Below are positions 8,959 to 18,437 of a DNA stretch of 44,242 nucleotides, in pieces. The notes beneath the pieces are model-generated. The model was not told where the DNA came from. It worked only from the letters and a program-made list of their open reading frames with translations, and searched no databases. The stretch lies in contig CAMDGN010000002.1 in the NCBI GenBank assembly GCA_945897985.1, positions 1 to 44,242 of the forward strand, in the 5' to 3' direction. A program made the translations under genes and the position numbers. Every line of letters begins with the position of its first letter. The first letter of the stretch is position 1. The DNA is from a candidate division WWE3 bacterium. GTDB lineage: Bacteria; Patescibacteriota; WWE3; UBA101185; UBA10185.

Positions 8959-10161
8959 ATGAGAATACTAAGGATTTTTTATGATTGGCCTGGAACTTGG
9001 AATGGTTTGGGTCCTTCAGGATACGAAATTACCAAAGAGCAACTCAATCAAGGTAATAAAATTACATTAATGTGCGGAAATTGGGCTAAAAATCCTCCTG
9101 TTTCTTTACCAAATTTAAATATCATCCCTATTTTTAGGGAACCCATTGAAGGCACTATTTACTTTACATCTTCCATACTTTTATTAATCAAATACTTACT
9201 CTGGAGAAATACATACAAGGTTGATGTAATCCATTCTCATGGTCACTTTGCGATTTGGATTTATCTATACAGGTTAATTTTTAAAAAAATGCTTTTTGCT
9301 AGGTTTGAATTTGAGCCTCTTTTTGTAACCCATTTTCACAACACTTTTGCGGGAAGATGGGATTCACTTAGAAAAGAGAATAAGCCAATTAAATGGTTTT
9401 CTGAAAAAATTGCATGGCCTTTGGGAGTTATGTCAGATAAGTGGGCAGTATCATCGAGTGACCTGTGTGTTTTTGTTTCTCAAAATCTTTTAGATGAGGC
9501 TGTTAAATTTTATGGCGCTGACTTATCCAAATGCGTAGTGTTAGAAAATGGTGTTAACACCGAGCTCTTTAAGAGAGTTAATAGCATTGAAAAGGATAAA
9601 ACTAGGAAAGAGTTGGGTTACGACTTATTTGACACAGTTATTATTAATTATGGCAACATGGTTGGTAGAAAAAATATTGTAAACTTGATTCAGTCCTTAA
9701 GTTATCTTCCTATTAAATATAAACTACTTCTGATAGGTTCTGGGCCAAAGGATTACAAGGATCAAATTGACAAAGTAATTATTGATAACTTATTAGGTTC
9801 AAGGGTTCGAAGAATCCCGTACACCCCTTATACCGATCTACCAATTCCAATCCAAAGTTCTGATATTTTTGTGCTGCCTTCAGATTTTGAGGGCTTGCCA
9901 AAAGTTGTACTTGAAGCTTTATCTTGCGAAATTCCTACCCTTGTATCAGGGTTCAAGTTTACCGATCATGTTGACGGGGTTTATTACTTAGAAAATAAAG
10001 ATCCAAAGACTATTGCGGCTCAAATACAAGAAATTTCCACATCTGAAGTAAAAATGGACATCGATGCTTTCAGGGCTAAGTTTTCCTGGAAAACCAAGAT
10101 GTTCGTGTTAAATAATTTATACCAGAGATTTATCAACGAAAAAAATGCTAAAAATAATTAA
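8959..10161 (+). CDS. GT4 glycosyltransferase
   Basis: IHSH, NGVNTELF, VLPSDFEGLPKVVLEAL. Confidence 0.9.
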   Translation: MRILRIFYDWPGTWNGLGPSGYEITKEQLNQGNKITLMCGNWAKNPPVSLPNLNIIPIFREPIEGTIYFTSSILLLIKYLLWRNTYKVDVIHSHGHFAIWIYLYRLIFKKMLFARFEFEPLFVTHFHNTFAGRWDSLRKENKPIKWFSEKIAWPLGVMSDKWAVSSSDLCVFVSQNLLDEAVKFYGADLSKCVVLENGVNTELFKRVNSIEKDKTRKELGYDLFDTVIINYGNMVGRKNIVNLIQSLSYLPIKYKLLLIGSGPKDYKDQIDKVIIDNLLGSRVRRIPYTPYTDLPIPIQSSDIFVLPSDFEGLPKVVLEALSCEIPTLVSGFKFTDHVDGVYYLENKDPKTIAAQIQEISTSEVKMDIDAFRAKFSWKTKMFVLNNLYQRFINEKNAKNN

Positions 10162-11725
10162 TTTTTTAACTAAATATAAGTATATTATTTTTATAATTTT
10201 ATATCTTGTATTCAGAGTCGCTATTTTGAACATAAATTCAGCTGAATGGGGGGATAGTTACAGAATTTTACGAGCTACAGATTATTTAAAATCTTTTACC
10301 TACCCTTCCGATGAGAAAAGACCTCCGTTATTTTCGGCTCTATTACTTCTCAATCCTTTGAATGACGCAATAGCTGGATCTAGGGTAATAATGCTTTTAC
10401 TCTCGTTACTCATACTCACTTCTTTTTACTTTCTTCTAAAGCAAATTAATTTTAGCCTAACTGAAAACCAAAGATTTTTTTCAATGGTATTTTTAGCAAT
10501 CAATCCTTTATTTTTGTATTGGTCTATAAGAGTCTATGCTGATAGTTTGTTTTTACTTTTAATGCTTTTAAGTTTAAACATTTTCTACCTATACCAGAAA
10601 CATTTTTATCGTTTTCTGCTTCCAGCACTTTCCTTTATAGCAATACTCGCTGTCTTAACTAGGTTCGAAGGTTACATTCTTTTTGCTTGTGTATTTTTAG
10701 CGATCCTTTTAAGTGTTAAGAGGAAATTTGAGACATTATTTTATTTGATACCATTTATTTTCTTCCTTTTCTTGATAATTTATTTTCCTCAATACTCCTT
10801 TTATAAAAATCCTATTGGCTCAAGTTACGTTGACGAAGCTGTTGGAAGGGTAATCTCCCTTAGGGAAATATTTAATTTTGGATTGCAGTACCTGTTTTTA
10901 TTAGGAAATTTATATACTATTTATTTTCTAGCTTTTTCAAAAAATCTAATTCTTCGATTCTTTAAAGATAATCTAATTATTCTTTTCATTTTACTTGTTC
11001 ATTCAGCTCTATCTTTTGTTTGGTTTGCTGCCGTGCCTAGGTTATTTTTACCAATACTCCCATTTCTTTGTATTTTATTTGTTATAGGGTTTGAAACATT
11101 TTTTAATCTTACTTCTCGTATTTCAACCAGCGTTTATTTGAAAAATTTTTGGAGGAGAGAATATCTTCACTACCTAACCCCAGTTCTATTACTTATTACC
11201 TACGCTTTGGGCCAAGCCTACTTAAAATTACCTTTCCTATTAACTAATTTGGTCTATTTCTCTTTAATTCTGGTTTATTCGGCACTCTTGCTCTTGGTTA
11301 TTTTCTACCACTATAAAAAAGTGTTTATATTACTAGTTATAGTTTTTAACCTTGTTTGGGGATATATGTTTATTTCCCTTGAAAAAGATACATTAAAAGT
11401 ATTAAATACCGCTACTTTATTTTTTATTGACAATTACAGCCCTTCCGGAAATGTACTTACTAATGACATCTCCAGTATCACGAGATACTACCTAGGTGAC
11501 AAGCACTACCAAACCGGACTGTTAACCAAAGGAAGAGACTTATCTGATGTTATAAAGATGAATAACATTGAATATGTAATTGTTACCAACGAGCAAAATC
11601 CTGAGATGTCTTTCACACCCTCTAAACACCCATACCTGACAATCCTGAAAGAATTTAGGCAGGTAATTGGCGGTAAAGAGTTTTATACTTATATTGCTAG
11701 AGTTAACGTACCGCTGGTTAAATGA
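10145..11725 (+). CDS. GT-C-fold (PMT/ArnT-like) membrane glycosyltransferase
   Basis: Many TMs; acidic first loop SAEWGDSY followed by KRPPLF; NPLFLYWS..VYAD; LTRFE; PRLFLP; soluble C-terminal tail. Confidence 0.75.
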   Translation: MLKIINFLTKYKYIIFIILYLVFRVAILNINSAEWGDSYRILRATDYLKSFTYPSDEKRPPLFSALLLLNPLNDAIAGSRVIMLLLSLLILTSFYFLLKQINFSLTENQRFFSMVFLAINPLFLYWSIRVYADSLFLLLMLLSLNIFYLYQKHFYRFLLPALSFIAILAVLTRFEGYILFACVFLAILLSVKRKFETLFYLIPFIFFLFLIIYFPQYSFYKNPIGSSYVDEAVGRVISLREIFNFGLQYLFLLGNLYTIYFLAFSKNLILRFFKDNLIILFILLVHSALSFVWFAAVPRLFLPILPFLCILFVIGFETFFNLTSRISTSVYLKNFWRREYLHYLTPVLLLITYALGQAYLKLPFLLTNLVYFSLILVYSALLLLVIFYHYKKVFILLVIVFNLVWGYMFISLEKDTLKVLNTATLFFIDNYSPSGNVLTNDISSITRYYLGDKHYQTGLLTKGRDLSDVIKMNNIEYVIVTNEQNPEMSFTPSKHPYLTILKEFRQVIGGKEFYTYIARVNVPLVK

Positions 11726-11731
11726 TAGAAT
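11723..11731 (+). promoter_or_regulatory. Extended -10 (TGaTAGAAT) 5 nt before ATG 11737
   Basis: Sequence tgatagaat-aatgt-ATG; no SD sequence. Confidence 0.6.
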
Positions 11732-11736
11732 AATGT

Positions 11737-12423
11737 ATGCTTTTATCTATTGTTATACCCGTTTATAACGAAAAAAATACTGTTTCAGATATTATTAAAA
11801 AGATAGATTCCCTTCCCACCAGTTTAAATAGAGAGTTAATTATAGTTGACGATGGTTCAACTGACGGAACTAGGGAAATCTTAAAATCCCTAGAAAGTCG
11901 AAGTGACGTTAAATTAATTTATAAGGAGTCAAATTCTGGAAAAGGGGATAGTTTAAAACTAGGATTTAAAAATTCAAAAGGGGATTATGTAATTGTTCAA
12001 GATGCTGATTTAGAGTATGAGCCTGAAGATTACTTTAAGCTTCTTGAGGCAATTGATGGGAAAGATAATACTATTATCTATGGTTCGAGATTTATGGGCC
12101 ATTATGAGGAAATGTCTCCTCTTCACTACTATGGCAATAAATTTTTAACTTCAATCACAAATATTCTATACGGTGTTGCGCTAAGTGATATGGAAACTTG
12201 TTACAAATTGTTTCCAGGCAATTTTATTAGGAGCTTAAATTTAAAGGCTAATCGATTTGATTTTGAACCTGAGATAACTGCTAAAGTTTTAAAATCTGGG
12301 TATAAAATAATTGAAGTACCTATTAGATATTATGGTAGAAAGCATTCCGAAGGTAAAAAGATTACTTGGAAAGACGGTTTTAATGCCATCTATTCCCTAG
12401 TTAAATACAAGTTCAATGACTAA
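11737..12423 (+). CDS. GT2, polyprenol-phosphate-sugar synthase-like
   Basis: IVIPVYNE, DDGSTDGT, QDADLEYEP, YGSRF, DMETCYK, FDFEPEIT, EGKKITWKDG. Confidence 0.9.
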   Translation: MLLSIVIPVYNEKNTVSDIIKKIDSLPTSLNRELIIVDDGSTDGTREILKSLESRSDVKLIYKESNSGKGDSLKLGFKNSKGDYVIVQDADLEYEPEDYFKLLEAIDGKDNTIIYGSRFMGHYEEMSPLHYYGNKFLTSITNILYGVALSDMETCYKLFPGNFIRSLNLKANRFDFEPEITAKVLKSGYKIIEVPIRYYGRKHSEGKKITWKDGFNAIYSLVKYKFND

Positions 12424-14506
12424 ATTTATTAAAAAATTATTACAATTTGATCGGTATTATTTAGTTCTAATTATATTCTCTGTTGTTGTTTTTGCTTCAA
12501 TGTTGAAAATAAATTTTTTCAGATATAACAACTTTGACATGGGTAAATTTGACTTAGGCAACATGACTCAAATGTCTTGGTATTCTTTGAAAGGTAAGTT
12601 TATGTATCTTACTGATTACTTTGGTTCTAATGTTCCAAGATGGAGCATGAGTCATGTTGACCCCATCTTAGTTTTATTTATTCCGTTCTTCTATCTTATT
12701 CCTGAACCTCTAACTTTAGTTATTTTACAAAATTTACTTATAATTCTCGGAGTTTTTTTTGTTTATAAAATAGCTCTTCTTAAAACCTCTAATAAAGTGT
12801 TTTCTTTATTTATTTCCTTAGCCTATCTTTCATACCCAGCCTTGGGATTTGTAATTTCCTGGACTGGCTATCACGGTGTAAGTCCTGCAATTTTCTTTTT
12901 CCTCTGGTTTTTTTACCTATTTGAAAAATATAGAAGCTCTGATTCTGTGCTAACTTATAAAAACTACTTTTATCTAATTATACTTTTAGTTGCAACTCTA
13001 TCCGGTAAAGAGCAGATTTCTCTATACTTTATTGTTCTTGGGGCTTACATTTTTCTGACATCTAAATATAAAAAATTTGGCTTATTTGTATCTTTATTTA
13101 GTTTGATTTGGTTTGTGGTTTGTTTTTTTATAATAATCCCAGCCTATGCTCCCGTTAGAGTTCAATCCTTTGAGAGATTTATGGTGGATCTTAATTTAAG
13201 TAAGGAGGATATACCAAACGTTTATAGTTCAAATTACTTCTTATCTAGATATTCTGAGTTTGGAGATTCCTATTCTGAAATAATCAAAAATATGGTTTTT
13301 GACCCGGTTAAAACCGCGTCAATTTTTATTTCAGGTGATAAGTTAGATAACCTAAACTTAACGTTTGGCCCTCTACTATACTTACCATTTCTTTTCCCAT
13401 TAATTCTTTTAGTTGCTTTTCCTGATTTACTGATTAACTACTCAACTACCCAAGGGGGAATTGGTACTTCTGAAATTTATAACCACAGAATTTCAATGAT
13501 AATTCCAGTTTTATTCCTTAGCTCGATATATGGAATTGCCTTTCTTTCCAAATTCTTCAAACATTTCTTACAGGAAAAATACAATAAAATAATTATTTCG
13601 TTACTAGGCTTGATTTTATTTTTAAGCAATATTTACTTTTCAATGTATGTAGGAGAAAAGAACCCTATTTTTTCTTGGATAGTGGAGGCTGTAAACAAAA
13701 GAGTGTTTGCTAAATCTGAACCAAGCTTGATTGACAAAAAATTAAAAGTCGGCGAGGTAACTCGAGTTAATCCTCTAGATGAAAATGATAGAGATTGTGT
13801 TAAAAAAATAATTCAACAAATTCCCCCTTTAGTTTCTGTTTCTGGACCTGATTTTATGGGAAGCCATTTAGCTCAAAGAGAAACTTACGCCATCTTTCCT
13901 GCAGGAAAGAATACTTCAGATTATTTAATAATTGATATTTATTCTAAAAAATTACTTAGAATACTTGAATTAGACTACTCCTTAAGTAAAGATTTTATAG
14001 GTGATACCTTTGCTTCAAACGATTATGATCTTAATTTTGCTTGTGGAAACTTGATGGTTTTGACCCGAACACCTAACAAGACTACTCAAAATGAACCTAA
14101 TAAGTTAGCACCATTTCAAAGATACTCAACTTACCCAATCAAGTTTAATTATGAAATTTACAATAAATTAACAGTTGTTGATTATGAATTTAATAAAGAA
14201 ATTACCTCAAACCAAAAAATGAGTTTAAGGTACGTTTATCAGAGGAAGGGTAGTAAGGAGCTAAACGATTTCGTATTATTTACAACCTTAGTTAACAAGT
14301 CTAATGGTGAGATTTTCCAGGTAGTAAATTACCCTGCCTTTGTGTTCTCTGAGTTAGAAACTTTTAAGCAAGATAAATTTTACGAGGAGAAGTTTGATAT
14401 TGTTATCCCTCCATACCTTGAAAAAGGTACCTATATGGTTTTTGTTGGAATGGATAACAAAATTAATACTAGAAGTTTATATCTAGGAGACACCGAACTT
14501 AAATGA
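12416..14506 (+). CDS. DUF2079-like membrane protein (predicted GT-C) with C-terminal soluble beta-rich domain
   Basis: FDLGNMTQ, HVDPIL, LVILQ, YHGV, KEQ, HLAQRETY; C-terminal IPPYLEKGTYMVFVGM Ig-like strand pattern. Confidence 0.7.
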   Translation: MTKFIKKLLQFDRYYLVLIIFSVVVFASMLKINFFRYNNFDMGKFDLGNMTQMSWYSLKGKFMYLTDYFGSNVPRWSMSHVDPILVLFIPFFYLIPEPLTLVILQNLLIILGVFFVYKIALLKTSNKVFSLFISLAYLSYPALGFVISWTGYHGVSPAIFFFLWFFYLFEKYRSSDSVLTYKNYFYLIILLVATLSGKEQISLYFIVLGAYIFLTSKYKKFGLFVSLFSLIWFVVCFFIIIPAYAPVRVQSFERFMVDLNLSKEDIPNVYSSNYFLSRYSEFGDSYSEIIKNMVFDPVKTASIFISGDKLDNLNLTFGPLLYLPFLFPLILLVAFPDLLINYSTTQGGIGTSEIYNHRISMIIPVLFLSSIYGIAFLSKFFKHFLQEKYNKIIISLLGLILFLSNIYFSMYVGEKNPIFSWIVEAVNKRVFAKSEPSLIDKKLKVGEVTRVNPLDENDRDCVKKIIQQIPPLVSVSGPDFMGSHLAQRETYAIFPAGKNTSDYLIIDIYSKKLLRILELDYSLSKDFIGDTFASNDYDLNFACGNLMVLTRTPNKTTQNEPNKLAPFQRYSTYPIKFNYEIYNKLTVVDYEFNKEITSNQKMSLRYVYQRKGSKELNDFVLFTTLVNKSNGEIFQVVNYPAFVFSELETFKQDKFYEEKFDIVIPPYLEKGTYMVFVGMDNKINTRSLYLGDTELK

Positions 14507-15978
14507 GTAACTTATTAAGACTTCAAGTTGTCAGTTTTATATCCAGAATTATCGCTATGTTTAGCGGTATTTTTCAATCTTTAATCATTGTTAATTTACT
14601 ATCAGTTAAAGAGTTTGGTTTAATTGGGTTGGTTACCTCAATTGCAGGAATAGCAGGGATCACCCAACATTTAGGTTTGGCTTCATCCTCTACAAAAGAG
14701 ATTTCTAGCGCCAAATCCTCGAAAGATGTTATTCATATTGTCTTAGCCTCACTATCTATCAGGTTTTTAATAACTTTTCCTGTAGCTATAATATTGTATT
14801 TCTTTGCTCCTCAAATTGCAGCTTATTATCAAAATCCTGACTTAATTTTCCCCCTTAAAGTTTTTGCTGCTGTAACAGTAATTCAGGCCTTTCAAAGTAT
14901 TTTTAATTCTGTTATTTCAGGAACTCATAGATTCAAAGAGTTGTTTACCTATCAAGTAGTTATCTCATTTGTTAGTGTTTTAATATATGTTCCACTTATT
15001 TATAAGTACAGGCTAGATGGCTTTTTTTACTCGTTAGTTATTTTTAATTTAGTTCAAACTTTAGTCTTAGGGTATTTAGCGTTCAAGGATATTGGTTTGA
15101 GGTTTGAATTTCCCACTAAAACAGAGTTTTTTAGCTTAGTAAAAAATTTACTTAAAATATCCTTAGCAATTTATTTTGTTAAAATTTTATTTACTGCTTG
15201 GCAAGAGATTCCGGTAGCCGTTTTGGGTAAACAATATTCTTTAGAGTTACTTGCATTATTTACATTCGCTTTTAATTTTTCCTCTAAATTAATGTCGATC
15301 TCAGATTCCGTTACTGATGTAAATCTTCCTGTTTATTCGAAGAAGTTTGAAGACAAAGATTTTTTTGAGCATTTTAGTCAAAATTTTAATGTTCTTTTCC
15401 ATTTTATTTTCTTTGTAGGTATTTCAGCTTCCTACTGGGCTAAAGAGATTTTACAGGTAGCTGATCTGATGATTTACAAAGTCGGTGCTGTCTTGTCGCT
15501 AGAATTATCCAAAAATATTTACGAAAGATACCAAGAAGCGCTGATATTGTTCTTACCTTTGATTCTTTCAATAGTTTTTTATTCTTATTTAAACATTCTA
15601 AAGTCTTCGATTTTCGTTCCGCTCGAGAAGTTAAGGAAGATGATGATTAGCTACCTATTACTTATTTTTGGATCTTTTTTAACTTATTTAATTTGTATAA
15701 ATCTACTACCTGGTTTAATTTCTATGTCTATAGCTCTAGCAGTGGGTTCTTTTATAGCTTTTGTTTATGCCGCATACTTTATCTACATAACTTACGGAAC
15801 CAATATCTTCAGTCTTAAGAAGATCTACTTTTCAATTTTATCTATATTTGTGGGCTATTCTGCAATTTATTTTTCCGATATGGGGTTAATTGAAAAATCG
15901 TTGATTTATTTAACTTATTTCATTTTCCTAACTTTTATATTTAAAGTTAATGTTATTAAGTTAATATTAAAGAGATAA
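14503..15978 (+). CDS. Wzx-like oligosaccharide flippase
   Basis: LLSVKEFGLIGLV...HLGL, 12-14 TMs, NLPVYSK. Confidence 0.82.
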   Translation: MSNLLRLQVVSFISRIIAMFSGIFQSLIIVNLLSVKEFGLIGLVTSIAGIAGITQHLGLASSSTKEISSAKSSKDVIHIVLASLSIRFLITFPVAIILYFFAPQIAAYYQNPDLIFPLKVFAAVTVIQAFQSIFNSVISGTHRFKELFTYQVVISFVSVLIYVPLIYKYRLDGFFYSLVIFNLVQTLVLGYLAFKDIGLRFEFPTKTEFFSLVKNLLKISLAIYFVKILFTAWQEIPVAVLGKQYSLELLALFTFAFNFSSKLMSISDSVTDVNLPVYSKKFEDKDFFEHFSQNFNVLFHFIFFVGISASYWAKEILQVADLMIYKVGAVLSLELSKNIYERYQEALILFLPLILSIVFYSYLNILKSSIFVPLEKLRKMMISYLLLIFGSFLTYLICINLLPGLISMSIALAVGSFIAFVYAAYFIYITYGTNIFSLKKIYFSILSIFVGYSAIYFSDMGLIEKSLIYLTYFIFLTFIFKVNVIKLILKR

Positions 15979-16877
15979 TGAAGAAATACCTAAAACTCAC
16001 CTTAAAAATAATTATTAGTACCTCTTTGATTGGGTATCTTCTTTTATCAACAGATATAAGCAAGGTACTTGATATTTTATTTCGAGTTAACCCCTTCTAC
16101 TTTTTTGTTGCCTCTATTCTAATTATTGTTAATTATGTATTTTCATCATTTAGATGGAGATATTTAGTTTTAGATTCAAAAATTTCTATTATTTACATGA
16201 TTAAACTTTATTTTATTGGTTCTTTTTTTAATAACTTTTTACCAACTTCCATCGGAGGGGACGCCTATAAGATTATGAAGTTGGGTGAGAAGCTTGGATC
16301 TAAAACTAATTCATTTACAGCAACTTTCCTTGAGAGATTTATTGGCATGATTGCATTACTTGTAATATCTCTTTATGGTTACCTAACTTTTTCAAATCTA
16401 AACATAATGAGCTTTTTGATGGTATTTATATTGGTTATTCTTAGTTTCTTTGCTTATTTAATTTTCTATCCCAAATTTACTTTTAAACCAAAGCTCTTAC
16501 TTAAATTATTTGATGTTTTAGATAAAATTCATGCCTCCTTTATGAGATATAAAAAAGAGCCAATGTTACTTGGTTATTCGTTTTTAGCTAGTTTAGTGGT
16601 ACAGGTGTCGGCTATTTTTACACAATATTATATCTTTAAGTCCCTTGAGGTAACTTTACCAGTGGACTTTTCTCTTTTTGCTTTTCCAATTATTTTTCTT
16701 TCTGGTTATGCAATTCCATCTTTAAACGGTATTGGATCTCAAGAAGTTTTATATACCTCATTCTTTTCTACAATTGGTGTGGCTGCGGGCATTTGTATAG
16801 CTGCATCCTTCCTTTACCATATCTCACGATTAGTAGTTAGTTTAATTGGTGGCTTATTATATCTAAATGAAAAATAA
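15978..16877 (+). CDS. UPF0104 / lysylphosphatidylglycerol-synthase TM-domain protein (flippase-like)
   Basis: SFRWRYL, GSFFNNFLPTSIGGDAYK, LERFIG, IPSLNGIGSQE. Confidence 0.88.
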   Translation: MKKYLKLTLKIIISTSLIGYLLLSTDISKVLDILFRVNPFYFFVASILIIVNYVFSSFRWRYLVLDSKISIIYMIKLYFIGSFFNNFLPTSIGGDAYKIMKLGEKLGSKTNSFTATFLERFIGMIALLVISLYGYLTFSNLNIMSFLMVFILVILSFFAYLIFYPKFTFKPKLLLKLFDVLDKIHASFMRYKKEPMLLGYSFLASLVVQVSAIFTQYYIFKSLEVTLPVDFSLFAFPIIFLSGYAIPSLNGIGSQEVLYTSFFSTIGVAAGICIAASFLYHISRLVVSLIGGLLYLNEK

Positions 16878-18345
16878 ACTTTTAAACTCCCTTAACAACC
16901 GATTGGTTCTATTTTTAACAATCTTCATTTTTAGTGTTGTAATTAGATTGTATTATTTAGGGTATGAGTCAATTAACCCTGATGCTGTAAATTGGCATTA
17001 CAGATGTCAGCAGTTTGCAAACGGAATTAAGTACCTTCAGTTCGAGAAAACATATCCTCACTACCATCCTGGAGTTACTTTGTGCTATACCATGTCTGTT
17101 CCGACGGAAATTTATAAACAAATTACCGGCCAAATTTACAATAGTAATACTTATTTAAATTTTAATTTTGTAAACTCCCTTTCGTTAATTTTTGTTGTTT
17201 CATTTCTAATTTCTTTAATTGCATTACAGTTTTCACTTAGAGAAGGGGTGCTATTTAGCTTGATTTTAAATCTTGAACCTTTCTTTTTTGGCAATAGTAA
17301 GTTAATTCATTTGGATACGCTTTTATCCTTATTTATCTTTCTATCCTTAATTTTTATTAAAAACTATTTAAATTCCAATTCTAAAAAAGATTTGATTTAT
17401 TCCGGTTTGTTTTTAGCGCTTGGCTTTTTAACTAAGAGTGTTGCTATAGTTTTCTTTCCTTTTTCTCTAATTGGAATTTACCTTTTATCAAAATCCAGTA
17501 AGTTGAAAAACGTCAGTGTTTATTTAGCTTCTTTTATACTTACAGTTTTCATCCTGTTTCCTGCTATGTGGGTGGCTCCGGTACAAACTATTACTAGAAT
17601 CTTTAAAGAGGCTGACCGAGTTGGGGTTAGAACCGGTCACTCTGAGTTTTTCCTAGGAGAGTACTATGATGACACCTCAGATCCCGGTTTACTTTTCTAT
17701 CCGGTTGATGCCCTGATTAAGTATTCCCCGTTGATAATTTTCGGTATCTTTTTAATTGCAGTTTGTATTTTTAAATTTATTCAGAATAATCTTTCTTTTA
17801 AGAAGTTTTTAAATTTTGAGGTATTTCTATTACTAATTTACTTTGTTTACTTATTCGTAATTTTTTACTCAGATAAGAAAGTTGACAGATACCTACTAGT
17901 TCTACTGCCTCCAATTTTCTACTTTTTAGCTCACAATTTCAGTAAGCATGTTAAAACTATACTTGCTTTGTTGGTTGTGAACTTTATTTCAATGGTTTAT
18001 TTTTCACCGTTTCAATTTTTGTATTTCTCCCCAATTTTAATGAATTACACTAATGTTAATAATCTTGTAGGACAAAAATCTTTTGGAATGGGAATGTACG
18101 ACTTGAGGGAATATTTAAAAACTAATTATGGAGAGAAACATTTAGGTTTTTATGATATCAAGCCGATGGAAACAATTTATCCAAACTCAAAAGTCCACGA
18201 TATAAGAGAAACATCGCAATCTAAAGTAGATATCGTTATACTTTCTGTGAATGAAGTAATGCCTGAGAAATATACTCAGTTTACGAAGAAAGAAAGTTTT
18301 GTTATTAAGGGCATTCCTCTATATGATATCTATACCAAGAATTAA
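16867..18345 (+). CDS. GT-C-fold (PMT_2/ArnT-like) membrane glycosyltransferase, paralog 1
   Basis: IRL..LG...NPDA..W, HPGVTL, EPFF..NSKLIHLD, LTKS, PAMW, KKVDRY. Confidence 0.8.
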   Translation: MKNKLLNSLNNRLVLFLTIFIFSVVIRLYYLGYESINPDAVNWHYRCQQFANGIKYLQFEKTYPHYHPGVTLCYTMSVPTEIYKQITGQIYNSNTYLNFNFVNSLSLIFVVSFLISLIALQFSLREGVLFSLILNLEPFFFGNSKLIHLDTLLSLFIFLSLIFIKNYLNSNSKKDLIYSGLFLALGFLTKSVAIVFFPFSLIGIYLLSKSSKLKNVSVYLASFILTVFILFPAMWVAPVQTITRIFKEADRVGVRTGHSEFFLGEYYDDTSDPGLLFYPVDALIKYSPLIIFGIFLIAVCIFKFIQNNLSFKKFLNFEVFLLLIYFVYLFVIFYSDKKVDRYLLVLLPPIFYFLAHNFSKHVKTILALLVVNFISMVYFSPFQFLYFSPILMNYTNVNNLVGQKSFGMGMYDLREYLKTNYGEKHLGFYDIKPMETIYPNSKVHDIRETSQSKVDIVILSVNEVMPEKYTQFTKKESFVIKGIPLYDIYTKN

Positions 18346-18387
18346 TTTTTCAAGCAAAGGCGGCTATTTTTAATAACATGTTGGTTT

Positions 18388-18404
18388 TACTTAATCTTTA
18401 AGTA
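18388..18404. repeat. Perfect 7-bp inverted repeat TACTTAA-tct-TTAAGTA in intergenic DNA
   Basis: Read directly; it overlaps the expected -35 position of the TATAAT at 18419. Confidence 0.5.
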
Positions 18405-18418
18405 GTCATAATTTTAGT

Positions 18419-18432
18419 TATAATAATGAGGA
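18419..18432 (+). promoter_or_regulatory. -10 (TATAAT) followed by SD-like GAGGA
   Basis: TATAAT at 18419-18424 and GAGGA at 18428-18432, 5 nt before the in-frame ATG at 18438. Confidence 0.55.
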
Positions 18433-18437
18433 CCTTT

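Noticed and set aside
633..12760. T8 homopolymers (633-640, 12753-12760) as phase-variation tracts
   Set aside because: Expected by chance in such AT-rich DNA; reading frames are intact and there are no long G/C tracts.
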